Source: Planctomycetota bacterium (GTDB lineage: Bacteria; Planctomycetota; B15-G4; JADJEK01). From it: a stretch of DNA of 64,000 nt. The notes below the pieces were generated by a model. It saw only the letters and a program-made list of their open reading frames with translations, searched no databases and was not told the DNA's origin. The stretch spans positions 102,329 through 166,328 of the forward strand of contig JBGAIQ010000007.1 in assembly GCA_044225365.1 (NCBI GenBank), written 5' to 3'. The translations under genes and the position numbers were made by a program. Of the stretch, positions 10,579 through 19,675 are shown piece by piece. Numbering within the stretch: position 1 is the stretch's first letter; the number at the start of each line of letters is the position of its first letter.

Positions 10579-10607
10579 ACCCTAACATCGGACTAACATC
10601 GCTTCAA
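10579..10607 (-). promoter_or_regulatory. recA promoter containing a 9-bp direct repeat (putative operator)
   Basis: TTGAAG-N17-TAGGGT; CGATGTTAG repeated twice (10582-10590, 10593-10601) across spacer and -10. Confidence 0.6.
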
Positions 10608-10903
10608 GCGTGGAATCCGAAAAGTGGCGGCTCGGCGTGAGATCATGACGTGGTCGCGCGCGATTCGGCACAGGATCGCCGAGCAAATCTTGCGTGTGGA
10701 TGGGCCGTCAACGCGGCGAGAGGACGGGCGAAAGACGTTTCTCTCGCCAAGTCATGAGCTTGCCACCGCCGCGACATCGATCCGGAAGGGGCAGCCGACG
10801 GATGCCCAACGACGTTCGGACGAGCGCTGCCCATGAGCGCGAGTCTCGCAGCGCCCGAAGGGGATCCGCCGCGCGCGGTACGGCGGGGTCGCCGCGGGCG
10901 CTC

Positions 10904-11806
10904 TCACACCGTGATGAAGCTCACGAAGTCGTGGTACCGCGACCAGATCGCGTCTTGATCGAGACGACGGAACGCGTCGAGCGAGAAGTCCTCGACGACG
11001 AACGACGACATCACCGTGCCGAAGACCATCGCACGGCGCACCGCGGCGTCGTCGGTGAGTCCGCTCTTCGACAGGAAGCCCATCATGCCGCCCGCGAACG
11101 AGTCGCCGGCACCGGTCGGGTCCTTCACCGCAGCGACGGGATAGGCCGGGATCGCGAACCGCGATCCATTGCGCGAAATCATGAAGGCGCCGTATTCGCC
11201 CTTCTTCACCACGACGATCCTCGGCCCCATTCGCAGCACGTGCTCGGCCGCGGTCACGAGGTTCTTCTCCCCCGAGAGCATCTTGGCTTCGCCCTCGTTC
11301 AGCACGAGGCCGTCGATCTTGGGAAGCAGCTTCAGCAAGCCGTCGCGATCGTTCTGGATCCAGTGGTTCATCGTGTCGGCGACGACGAACTTCGGCTTCT
11401 TGACCTGTTCGAGGACGCGCATCTGCGAACTCGGAGAGCCATTCGCGAGGAACACGTACTCGCTGTCGCGGAAGCCCTCCGGAAGATCGGGGATGAAGTC
11501 GCCGTAGACGTTGAGCTGCACGTCGAGGGTCTTCGCCTCGTTCATGTCGCCTTCGTACTTGCCGGTCCAGTGGAAGGTCTGCCCCTTCGCCCGCGTGAGT
11601 CCCGCAGTGTCGACTCCGCGCTTCTTCAACATCGCCACGTTCTCTTCGGGGAAATCGCTTCCCACGATCGAGACGAGGCGCACCGGCGTGAAGAACGACG
11701 CGGCGTACGAGAAGTACGTCGCGGAACCGCCGAGCACGCGCTCGACCTTTCCGAAGGGCGTGGCAACCGAGTCGAATGCAACCGTACCGACGACGACGAG
11801 GGACAT
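10904..11806 (-). CDS. PfkB family carbohydrate/nucleoside kinase
   Basis: LGGSATY N-terminal motif, NEGEA, DPTGAGDSFAGG PfkB signature; start MSLVVVGTVAFD. Confidence 0.92.
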   Translation of the reverse strand: MSLVVVGTVAFDSVATPFGKVERVLGGSATYFSYAASFFTPVRLVSIVGSDFPEENVAMLKKRGVDTAGLTRAKGQTFHWTGKYEGDMNEAKTLDVQLNVYGDFIPDLPEGFRDSEYVFLANGSPSSQMRVLEQVKKPKFVVADTMNHWIQNDRDGLLKLLPKIDGLVLNEGEAKMLSGEKNLVTAAEHVLRMGPRIVVVKKGEYGAFMISRNGSRFAIPAYPVAAVKDPTGAGDSFAGGMMGFLSKSGLTDDAAVRRAMVFGTVMSSFVVEDFSLDAFRRLDQDAIWSRYHDFVSFITV

Positions 11807-11856
11807 GAGACTCTCCGTTGCGCGCGGGCGATTCGCCCGCGCGCGTGATTCTTCGA

Positions 11857-13152
11857 TCAATTCGACTTGGGCCCGTCTGCCGCGGGATCCTCGGGATCGT
11901 CCGCGTCGGCGAAGTCCTCGAGTTCCTGAGCCGACACCCGATTCTTCTCCCGCGCCAGGTATACGCCGCCGACCAGCGACACGATCATCTGCAGGACGCG
12001 GTAGACGAGGAGCAGCGAGACGGCGAGCGCGTCGTGGATGCCGAGCGTTCGCCAGAAGAAGATGAACGCAGCCTCGCCCGCGCCCCAACCCGAGGGCGCG
12101 ATCGGCAACGCCATCACGATGAGACCGACGGGCACGACAGCGAAGTACGAGAGCATCGGCGTATCGATCCCGATGCCGACACCGATGAAGCCGATGCCGA
12201 CGATGAGTACCGTGTGCACGAGGAGCGACAACGCGAGCGACACGAAGACCGTCTTGCGGCGGAATCGATAGATGAAGACGGCCTCGTCGACCTTCTTGAA
12301 GACGTCGCCGAACGGCAGCTTCGCGATCAGCTTCTCGATGCCGAGGACGCGGCGGACGCGGCGTGAGAAGAACACGACGCCGAACGCGAGTTCGAGGGCG
12401 AGGATCGCATAGATCCAGCGACCGACCTCGCGATAGCGCTCGAGATCGAAGGGCACGACGAAACCGGCCACGATCGTGAGTCCGGTGATGCCGAGCACAC
12501 GATCGAGCAGCACGGTAATGATCGCTTCGGTCTTGCGATGCGCGTGCTCCCGCGCGATGTAGTAGGCCTTGACGATGTCGCCGCCCTGCGAGCCGGGCAT
12601 CACGTTGTTGAAGAACGCACCGATGAACGTGAGAGCGCAGACGCGCGGCAGGTCGGTCTGGAGTTCCGCGGCGCCGAGCAGCAGGTACCAGCGGTACACT
12701 GCGACGAACGTCGCGAGCAGGATCATCAGGAACGCGAGCAACAAGAACGGTACCGACGCGTTCTTCACGACGGAGACGAGCCCCGGTGCGAGCTGAGGCG
12801 TCGGCGCCTTGCCTTTCACCAGCGGGATCTGCGAGATCATCGCGGGCGTCCACACCGCGTTCGGGATCGTCGATTCGATCGTGTCGATCTCGCCGTCGGC
12901 CCGGTTCTGGATGTGGATCGCGCCCCCGGACGTGACGAGGTCGACGTTGCCCGCTCCGCCGTTCGCCGGATTCCCCCCGGGAGAGTTCGGCTTGATCGTC
13001 CCCACGAACTTCGCCGTCGAGCCGTCCCGCAGCGGGATCGTCAGTTGATCGCGCACCGGCACGAGCCAGAGTACGAAGGCGATGAGGCCGAGCGCGACCA
13101 GGATCTTCGCGAACGGGACGAGCTTCTTCAGGGGACTCGCCTCAGCGCTCAA
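11857..13152 (-). CDS. lysylphosphatidylglycerol synthase TM / flippase-like (UPF0104) membrane protein
   Basis: YRWYLLL, GAFFNNVMPGSQGGDIVKAY, LDRVLG, LPIAPSGWGAGEA, YRV motifs; TTG start overlapping upstream stop (start uncertain). Confidence 0.85.
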   Translation of the reverse strand: MSAEASPLKKLVPFAKILVALGLIAFVLWLVPVRDQLTIPLRDGSTAKFVGTIKPNSPGGNPANGGAGNVDLVTSGGAIHIQNRADGEIDTIESTIPNAVWTPAMISQIPLVKGKAPTPQLAPGLVSVVKNASVPFLLLAFLMILLATFVAVYRWYLLLGAAELQTDLPRVCALTFIGAFFNNVMPGSQGGDIVKAYYIAREHAHRKTEAIITVLLDRVLGITGLTIVAGFVVPFDLERYREVGRWIYAILALELAFGVVFFSRRVRRVLGIEKLIAKLPFGDVFKKVDEAVFIYRFRRKTVFVSLALSLLVHTVLIVGIGFIGVGIGIDTPMLSYFAVVPVGLIVMALPIAPSGWGAGEAAFIFFWRTLGIHDALAVSLLLVYRVLQMIVSLVGGVYLAREKNRVSAQELEDFADADDPEDPAADGPKSN

Positions 13153-13709
13153 CTCACCCACCGCACTTTCGTCGCCGCATGGGTCAGATCCGCGCACTCC
13201 TCGCCCCAGGCTTCGAGCACGCGCTCGCTGAACGAACGCCAATCGATTCCGAGTTCGAGGAGACCGATCGCGGCGACCGGCGCTCCCGTGGGATCGATGT
13301 TCAAGGCGAAATGGAAGAGGCCGGACACGGGCGAAACCGTGGCGATCGAGATCGACGCCTTCTTGCCGGAGACGAACAGATCGTCCCCCGCGACCTCGAC
13401 GCGCTTGCCAGCGAATGCCGACAGGTGGTCGGCTGCGATCCGCGCGAAGAGATGTTGCCGGAGCACCATCGCCGGGAGCCGCTCGTCGTAGTGCTCGGAG
13501 ATGAAGTGCAGCATGGACTTGGCGCGGATCACGGCCTTCTGCTTGACGTCCTCGCGGTCCACCATCGATTCGCGCGTGACATCGCAAGGGCCGACGAATG
13601 CGATGAGAGAATCGCCCTGGACGTCGCAGGTGTCGTACGCGAACAGCGAACGCAGCTGCGATCCATCGTAGGCGATCTCGGAGTCGAGGATTCTCGTCGT
13701 GAGGGGCAT
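13149..13709 (-). CDS. DUF366 family protein
   Basis: YDGSQLRSLFAY, GDSLIAFVGPCDV, MVDREDV, MLHFISEH, GDDLFVSGKKASISIAT, HFALNI match my recollection of DUF366. Confidence 0.8.
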   Translation of the reverse strand: MPLTTRILDSEIAYDGSQLRSLFAYDTCDVQGDSLIAFVGPCDVTRESMVDREDVKQKAVIRAKSMLHFISEHYDERLPAMVLRQHLFARIAADHLSAFAGKRVEVAGDDLFVSGKKASISIATVSPVSGLFHFALNIDPTGAPVAAIGLLELGIDWRSFSERVLEAWGEECADLTHAATKVRWVS

Positions 13710-13822
13710 GGTCGGGCGCCGAAAGAACCGGGCATCTTAATCGGCAAGGAAGGCGACACAACTACGGCTGCATTCGGAAAATCGCGCATTTCCGCTGCAC
13801 CGCGCTCGGCTCCGCAACGACA

Positions 13823-13865
13823 CCGCTCGCGACCCCTTCGACGGAGTCGAGGAGGCCGCGAGCGG
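13823..13865 (-). terminator. hairpin just 3' of tmRNA
   Basis: CCGCTCGCGGCCTCCTCGAC-TCC-GTCGAAGGGGTCGCGAGCGG on minus strand; no clear U-tract. Confidence 0.5.
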
Positions 13866-13875
13866 ATCCGATGGA

Positions 13876-14238
13876 TGGTGGAGGCGGCGGGAATCGAACC
13901 CGCGTCCCAAGGCGCCGAGAACCGAACGTACTACGTGTGTAGCCGATCGATTGAGTTTCGCTCCGCGGCAGCCGATCGACAGGCATCCATGGAGCTAGCC
14001 CGAAGTTCTCACCTCACGCGATCGGGCGCGCGCAAGGCCAGCCCCCATGATTGCGCTACGTCACCCCGAGGGCGAGGACGACGTTGCGGGACCTGACCTC
14101 GTTAGAGGTTAATCAGGCCGCGAGAGCGTACTGGGAGTTATCCGCAGTTACGTTTTCTCCGGTTTTTTACGAGGCCTCCGGAGAACCTCGACACGCAGTT
14201 CGATCCGCGAACAACCCGGTCGAAACCAGATCGCCCCC
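13876..14238 (-). ncRNA. ssrA: transfer-messenger RNA; tag peptide (A)ADNSQYALAA* at 14145-14113
   Basis: 5' GGGGGCGATCTGGTTTCGAC, 3' GGGTTCGATTCCCGCCGCCTCCACCA with G3-U acceptor pair; tag ORF ending ALAA; adjacent to smpB. Confidence 0.96.
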
Positions 14239-14312
14239 GATCGAAGAGGCGCCATCGTAGCCCACTTCACATTCGAACGCCAAAGCGATCGACCCGCGTC
14301 TTGGGCGTGCGC

Positions 14313-14807
14313 TCATTCGTCGCGCCGACGTCGGCCGAGCGCCCGCGACATCTCGCGCTTCGCTTCCTTCTCCGCCTTGGCGTGCCGCTTGTCGTACTCC
14401 GCGCGACCGCGGCAGATGCCGAGCTCGAGCTTGGCGTAGCTGCCGCTGAAGTAGATCTTGAGTGGGACGAGCGTGTGGCCCTTGAGGCGCTGCTGATCGT
14501 CGATCTTGCGGATCTGATGGCGATGGAGCAGCAGTTTGCGCGTCCGCTTCGGCACGTGATTGCGCAGGTTGCCGTAGCTGTATTCCTGGATCTCGAATCC
14601 GTTCAGCCAGACCTCGCCGTTCTCGACGCGCGCGAAACTCCCGGTGAGGTTGCACTTCCCGTCGCGCAGCGCCTTCACTTCGGTGCCGAGCAACGCGATG
14701 CCGGCCTCGAAGCGCTCGAGGACCTCGTAATCGTGAAGGGCTTTGCGATTCTCGGCGACGAGGATCGTCGCCTGCGCTCCCATCGATCTTGGATCGGGCT
14801 TGGCCAT
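14313..14807 (-). CDS. smpB: SsrA-binding protein
   Basis: NRKALHDY, EAGIALLGTEVKALR, RTRKLLLH, YDKR. Confidence 0.97.
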   Translation of the reverse strand: MAKPDPRSMGAQATILVAENRKALHDYEVLERFEAGIALLGTEVKALRDGKCNLTGSFARVENGEVWLNGFEIQEYSYGNLRNHVPKRTRKLLLHRHQIRKIDDQQRLKGHTLVPLKIYFSGSYAKLELGICRGRAEYDKRHAKAEKEAKREMSRALGRRRRDE

Positions 14808-14930
14808 ACGCACTCGACTCTAACAAGAACCGGTGCGAACGACTCGAGCGCCGGGGGAAGTCTCTACGATCTTCGCGACCGCGAGCCCCGAGCCCTTCGT
14901 CCCACAAGAACCCACGCGAGTCCTCTCACC

Positions 14931-15374
14931 GTGCCCCTCGTCCTTTCCGCCTTCCCATTCCGCCGCATTGCCCTTGCGGCGCTCGTCGCCCTAGCGGCGT
15001 GCACCGCAACGACGCAGCGCCGCGTGCCCTTCGATCTCACGCCGCAGATGGCGACGCTGCGACAGGACACCTCGACGATCGCGAGCCTCCTGTCCCGGGA
15101 GCGATTGCAGGATGCGATCGCGCCCGCCGAGCGACTCACGCGTTTCGCGTTGCCCGCGCTCGAGGACGAGTCCGCGATCGTCCATCCGGATCTGGTCGCT
15201 GCTGCCGAAGGATTCCACGCCGCCGCGCTCGCACTGCACGGTGCGCTCCGCGCCAACGACGCACCTCGCGCGTCCGAGTCGTTCGACGCATTGGTCGCCT
15301 CCTGCACCGCATGCCATCGGCAGTTCCGCGCGGACGGCGTCACCGCGCTCGGCCTGACCGCCGAATCGCGTTGA
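14931..15374 (+). CDS. putative lipoprotein, class II (four-helix) cytochrome c
   Basis: Lipobox-like LAAC after hydrophobic stretch; C-terminal CTACH heme motif; start uncertain. Confidence 0.7.
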   Translation: MPLVLSAFPFRRIALAALVALAACTATTQRRVPFDLTPQMATLRQDTSTIASLLSRERLQDAIAPAERLTRFALPALEDESAIVHPDLVAAAEGFHAAALALHGALRANDAPRASESFDALVASCTACHRQFRADGVTALGLTAESR

Positions 15375-15420
15375 TCCGAGGGCCTCGCCCTGCAAATCCC
15401 CCACCGATCCGGCGGCACGC

Positions 15421-15449
15421 TTGATTGCCGGATCCTCGGCCCGTATCCT
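15421..15449 (+). promoter_or_regulatory. sigma70 promoter of tRNA-Leu
   Basis: TTGATT-N17-TATCCT, 14 nt upstream of the tRNA. Confidence 0.65.
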
Positions 15450-15463
15450 CGTCGCCCTTCCGC

Positions 15464-15550
15464 GCCGAAGTGGCGGAATGGCAGACGCGCTAGATTCAGG
15501 GTCTAGTGCCCTTCACGGGCGTCGGGGTTCAAGTCCCCGCTTCGGCACCA
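15464..15550 (+). tRNA. tRNA-Leu(CAG)
   Basis: GCCGAAG/CTTCGGC acceptor, anticodon arm CTAGA-TTCAGGG-TCTAG, long variable arm, GTTCAAGTC T-loop, encoded CCA. Confidence 0.96.
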
Positions 15551-15557
15551 TTCCTGA

Positions 15558-15605
15558 ATGCGCGGCGGTTGCGAATCCAAGTCGCGACCGCCGCGCGTTT
15601 TTCTT
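15558..15605 (+). terminator. intrinsic terminator of tRNA-Leu
   Basis: GCGCGGCGGTTGCGA/TCGCGACCGCCGCGC stem followed by TTTTTCTT. Confidence 0.8.
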
Positions 15606-15698
15606 GTCCAGGGCGGAGCCGGCGCTGCCTTCTCTCTCCCAAACCTCCGCATGACCCCCTCGCTTCGAGCGGGGCGCGGAAGGACTTTGGAGAGAATC

Positions 15699-17387
15699 AT
15701 GCTTCGCACTTCCAAGAGCCTCGTGATCGGAACGACCCTCGCCCTCGCCGCCACCGCGCATGCGGAGACGGTCCTCCTTCAGTTGAGATCGGCGAAGAAG
15801 GAACCCGGGTTCGGGGCGCACGTCGCAAGGGCCGGCGATGTCGACGGCGATGGCCACGCCGACGTACTCGCGTCGATCGAGACGATCGGTGACCCCGCGA
15901 ATCCGTACATGACGCAGGGTCGCGTCTACGTCGTCTCCGGCAAGGACAAGGGCGTGCTGCGCGAGTACGACGGCGACGTTCTTGGCGACGACTTCGGCGC
16001 CGCGATCGCGAATGCGGGCGACGTGAACGGCGACGGCATCGACGATCACATCGTGGGTGCGCCGATGTACGACGGCTGGCTCACGGGCGGTGCCGGCTAC
16101 GTGAAAGTGTTCTCCGGCAAGGACGGCAGCGTCCTCCACACGATCCAGGGCAACGAACTCGGCGCCATGTTCGGCGCCACGGTCGCGGGCGCGGGCGACG
16201 TCGACGGCGACGGCTGCGCGGACGTCCTCGTCGGCGCCTGGTGGGCCGACAGTCTCGTCGTTCCGAATTGCGGCATGGCACGTCTTTATTCGGGCAAGAC
16301 CGGCCTGCCCTTGTTCGAGGTGAAGGGCAGCGAGTCGCTGCACTACGTCGGACTCGCACTCGCGGGCGTCGGCGACCTCGATCACGACGGACATGCCGAC
16401 TTCGCGATCGGCGCGCCTGGCGAAACGGTCAACGGTCACAACGGCGGAGCGGTCCGCGTCTACTCCGGCGCCACCTTGCAACCGCTCTTCACCTTCTTCG
16501 GCGGACTGGGCGCGTTCGACGATGACTTCGGCTGGAGCATCGCTGCCGCGGGCGACATCGATCAGGACGGCTGGAACGACGTCGCGGTCGGCACGCCGCA
16601 GCAGGGCACGCTCGGGCAATCCCGCGTCGAGGTGTTCTCCGGTCGCAATGGTTCCGTGATCCGCACGCTTCTTCCGCTCACAGGCGATGAGATCTTCGGC
16701 GTGAGCGTCGACGGCGCGGGCGACATGAACGGTGATGAGGTTCCCGACCTCGTCGTCGGCAGTCCTCTCACCGATGCGAATGGCCACACCGACTGCGGAC
16801 GGATGTACGGGTTCTCGGGGAAGACTGGCGGGATCCTGTTCGCGAAGACCGGCACGCACGACTACGAGCAACTCGGCTACGGCGCGGTGGCGATCGGTGA
16901 CGTCGATGGCGACGGATCGGGCGACGCCGCGACGTCGGGCGCGATCGATCCGCAAGTGGACCCCGCGCTGTCGCAGGTCTACCTCGTGACGTATGCGAGC
17001 GTGAAGGCGTCGTACGACGTGTACGGCGCGGGTTTCCCCGGCACCAACGGCGTTCCGGCGTTCGTACCGAATGCGAATCCCGTGATTTGCGAACCGATGA
17101 CCCTCGAACTCGAGAACTCGTACGGTCAGTCGACGGTCGGCGTCCTCTTCCTCGGAGCCACTCCCATCGCACTGCCCTCGGGCTTCGGCGGGACGCTCCT
17201 CGTGAACCCGCTGGTTGCGATGACCGTCTCGATACCTCCGATCGGACTCGACATGCCGACGATCACGGCCTGCAACACGAAGCTCTGCGGCTTCGCCGTC
17301 TACCTCCAGGCGGTGCTCGCCGATCCGGGCGCGGCGAAGGGCGTCGCGTTCACGCGAGGATTGAAGCTCGTCCTCGGCGGAACCTGA
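15699..17387 (+). CDS. secreted FG-GAP (integrin-alpha-like) beta-propeller protein
   Basis: Signal peptide ending AHA; seven GDVDGDG-type repeats, most with FG and GAP motifs; small C-terminal beta domain. Confidence 0.9.
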   Translation: MLRTSKSLVIGTTLALAATAHAETVLLQLRSAKKEPGFGAHVARAGDVDGDGHADVLASIETIGDPANPYMTQGRVYVVSGKDKGVLREYDGDVLGDDFGAAIANAGDVNGDGIDDHIVGAPMYDGWLTGGAGYVKVFSGKDGSVLHTIQGNELGAMFGATVAGAGDVDGDGCADVLVGAWWADSLVVPNCGMARLYSGKTGLPLFEVKGSESLHYVGLALAGVGDLDHDGHADFAIGAPGETVNGHNGGAVRVYSGATLQPLFTFFGGLGAFDDDFGWSIAAAGDIDQDGWNDVAVGTPQQGTLGQSRVEVFSGRNGSVIRTLLPLTGDEIFGVSVDGAGDMNGDEVPDLVVGSPLTDANGHTDCGRMYGFSGKTGGILFAKTGTHDYEQLGYGAVAIGDVDGDGSGDAATSGAIDPQVDPALSQVYLVTYASVKASYDVYGAGFPGTNGVPAFVPNANPVICEPMTLELENSYGQSTVGVLFLGATPIALPSGFGGTLLVNPLVAMTVSIPPIGLDMPTITACNTKLCGFAVYLQAVLADPGAAKGVAFTRGLKLVLGGT

Positions 17388-17418
17388 TCGACTCGCGAAT
17401 CGTCACGGATGGAAAGCG

Positions 17419-17461
17419 GCGTGCGCGCGGATCGGGGTTCACCCGCGGTCTGCGCGCACGC
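17419..17461. terminator. hairpin between convergent genes
   Basis: GCGTGCGCGCGGATCG...CGGTCTGCGCGCACGC inverted repeat. Confidence 0.5.
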
Positions 17462-17481
17462 GCTCGTTCGCCGCGATCCCC

Positions 17482-19662
17482 TTACTTTGGCACCGTCGCC
17501 GGCTTGAACTTCTCTCGCGGCGGCGAGGTTTGCGATTCGGGCCGCGCCTGGCTGTGCTTCTCCAGGTAGCGCTTGAAGCGCTCCGCGTATTCCGCAGCTT
17601 CTTCCATCCTCCCGTCCTCGCGCAGCATCGTGAACATCTCGTTGATCGCGTACCACGATTCGGGATCGATCGTGAGCGCGGCGCGGAAGTGCTCGTACGC
17701 CGCCTCGCGATTGCCGCCCTGCTTGCACAGGTAGCCGATGCCCTCGTGGCAGCGCGCGGTACGCGGAGCGATCTTGAGGATGGCCACGTAGGCGGCGGAG
17801 GCCTCCGCCCCATCGCCGACGAGAACGTGCTGATCCGCGAGCTCGCACCACAGCTTGATGACGGGATCGCGCACCACCTCAGGGATCTTCGAGGGTGGCG
17901 AGGCGCCGCAGATCGCTTCGATCGCTCGGTCGTAGAGGAGGATCGCCTGACGGGCGCCGGACTCGCCCGCGTTCGCGCATTCGCGCGCGATCGCCCCGAG
18001 TCGCTCGCAGACGCGAGTGAAGTTCGGCCCGAGCTCGGAGGTGGTGTTCGGCAGTTCGCTCGCTTCGCGGAACAATCGCGCGGCCAGGTACGCGTCGCCT
18101 TCGAGGCCGGCGAAGAGGGCGAGGAGTTCGACGACGCGTCCATTCTGCGGCAGCTTCTTGCGCAGAGCGTCGAGTCGGGGTCGCCCTTCCGCGATGAGCG
18201 CCTGCGCCCGCGTCGCGATGTCCGTCGCGGCCGCCGTATCGCCTCGTGCGCGCGCCTTCGTCGCCTCGTCCTGGAATGCCTGCACCACCGCGCCCTCCAC
18301 CGTGAGCCGCTCGATCGCGATCGAGTCGTCGTTCGGACTCTGGCTCAGGAGACGATCGAGTTCGAGGAGCGCGCCGACGGCATCCCCGGATAGGTATCTC
18401 CACACCGCGGCCTGGACCTGAGGCTCGAGAGTCGATCGAGCGTGCGTCGCAGCGGAGGAGAAGAGCACGACGTCGTTCTGGAACTCCTTCGCGCGCGCGA
18501 CCTGCCGCATCCCCAGCACAACGGACAGCACGAGCACGAGCCCGGTCGTGAACCGATCGGCCCGCGGGCCGACGCGCATCGCCAGAGCGTCGCGCACGAG
18601 CGCGGTGACGACGATCGCGGCTCCCGCGACAGCGACGTAGAGATAACGCTCGAAGAATGGGAACGGCATCCAGCGAAACGCGAACGTGATCGGCACGATG
18701 TTCGAAGCGGGCAAGAGCGGCAGGAGGAACATCGCAGCGCCCACTCTCAGATCGAGCCGATCGAGGCAAAGGAGCGCGAGCAGGACGACGATCAGCAACA
18801 CGCCGATGAACAGCCGGGAGTCGAGCAACGAGGTCACGAGCGGCGCATCGTGAGTGATCGTCAACTCCGCGGGCCACAGGACGAGTCCGACGTACTTCGG
18901 GAGCAGCGCCACGAACGTCAGGGCTCGCTGCCCCACGTTGCCTTCGCCGGTGTAGACGCCGTCGGGCGGAACGATCGAGAGACCGTAGATCTTCACCGCG
19001 AAGAAGATGGCCGCCACCCCGGTCAAGACGGCGAGGATTCGCAAAGCTCGCCGGCGTTCACCCGTCACGAGAGGAATCGAAGCGACCAAGGGCAGCAGCG
19101 CGACGCTCGATTCCTTCGCGCCCAGGGCGAATGCGAAGAAGAGCGCCGCGATCGCGGAGCGCCGGCGCAAGAGCGCGTGCGCGGCGAGCAGGACGAAGCA
19201 GAATGCCAAAGGGTCCGTGCGACCCGTCACGGGGGCGATGGACTCGGCGTGCACCGGGTGCGTCGCGAAGACGACCGCGGCTGGCAGGGCGATGGCGGAG
19301 AGCGGCGGAATCGCAGCGAGCAGACCGTAGAGCAGCGCACTGTTCGACGCATGCAGAACGAGATTGTCGACGTGATAGCCGAGGGGAGAATCTCCGTAGA
19401 GCTTCCTCTCGATGCCGTACGACAGAGCGGTGACGGGCCGCCAGTACCCCGATGCTGCGTGCCCCTGAGCGTCTTCGCCGAAGAAGTCCTGCGTCACGCG
19501 CTCTTGAAGGGACTGCTTCGAATCGAGCAGCAGCGCCGTGTCGTCGAACGAGAAGTCGTTGGAGAGGGTCGGCCACGAGAAAGCGATCGCGAACAAGAGA
19601 ACGACCGCGACGCGAACGAGCGTTCGCGCGCGGTCGCCCGGGATTCTTCCGGCGATCGTCAT
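17482..19662 (-). CDS. TMTC-like (GT-C) multi-pass membrane protein with C-terminal TPRs
   Basis: NDFSFDD acidic loop, YWRPV, YHVDNLVLH, FATHPVHAESI...GRTD, KES, ERYLY motifs; TPR-like helices C-terminally. Confidence 0.8.
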   Translation of the reverse strand: MTIAGRIPGDRARTLVRVAVVLLFAIAFSWPTLSNDFSFDDTALLLDSKQSLQERVTQDFFGEDAQGHAASGYWRPVTALSYGIERKLYGDSPLGYHVDNLVLHASNSALLYGLLAAIPPLSAIALPAAVVFATHPVHAESIAPVTGRTDPLAFCFVLLAAHALLRRRSAIAALFFAFALGAKESSVALLPLVASIPLVTGERRRALRILAVLTGVAAIFFAVKIYGLSIVPPDGVYTGEGNVGQRALTFVALLPKYVGLVLWPAELTITHDAPLVTSLLDSRLFIGVLLIVVLLALLCLDRLDLRVGAAMFLLPLLPASNIVPITFAFRWMPFPFFERYLYVAVAGAAIVVTALVRDALAMRVGPRADRFTTGLVLVLSVVLGMRQVARAKEFQNDVVLFSSAATHARSTLEPQVQAAVWRYLSGDAVGALLELDRLLSQSPNDDSIAIERLTVEGAVVQAFQDEATKARARGDTAAATDIATRAQALIAEGRPRLDALRKKLPQNGRVVELLALFAGLEGDAYLAARLFREASELPNTTSELGPNFTRVCERLGAIARECANAGESGARQAILLYDRAIEAICGASPPSKIPEVVRDPVIKLWCELADQHVLVGDGAEASAAYVAILKIAPRTARCHEGIGYLCKQGGNREAAYEHFRAALTIDPESWYAINEMFTMLREDGRMEEAAEYAERFKRYLEKHSQARPESQTSPPREKFKPATVPK

Positions 19663-19675
19663 CTCCGCCCGCGGC

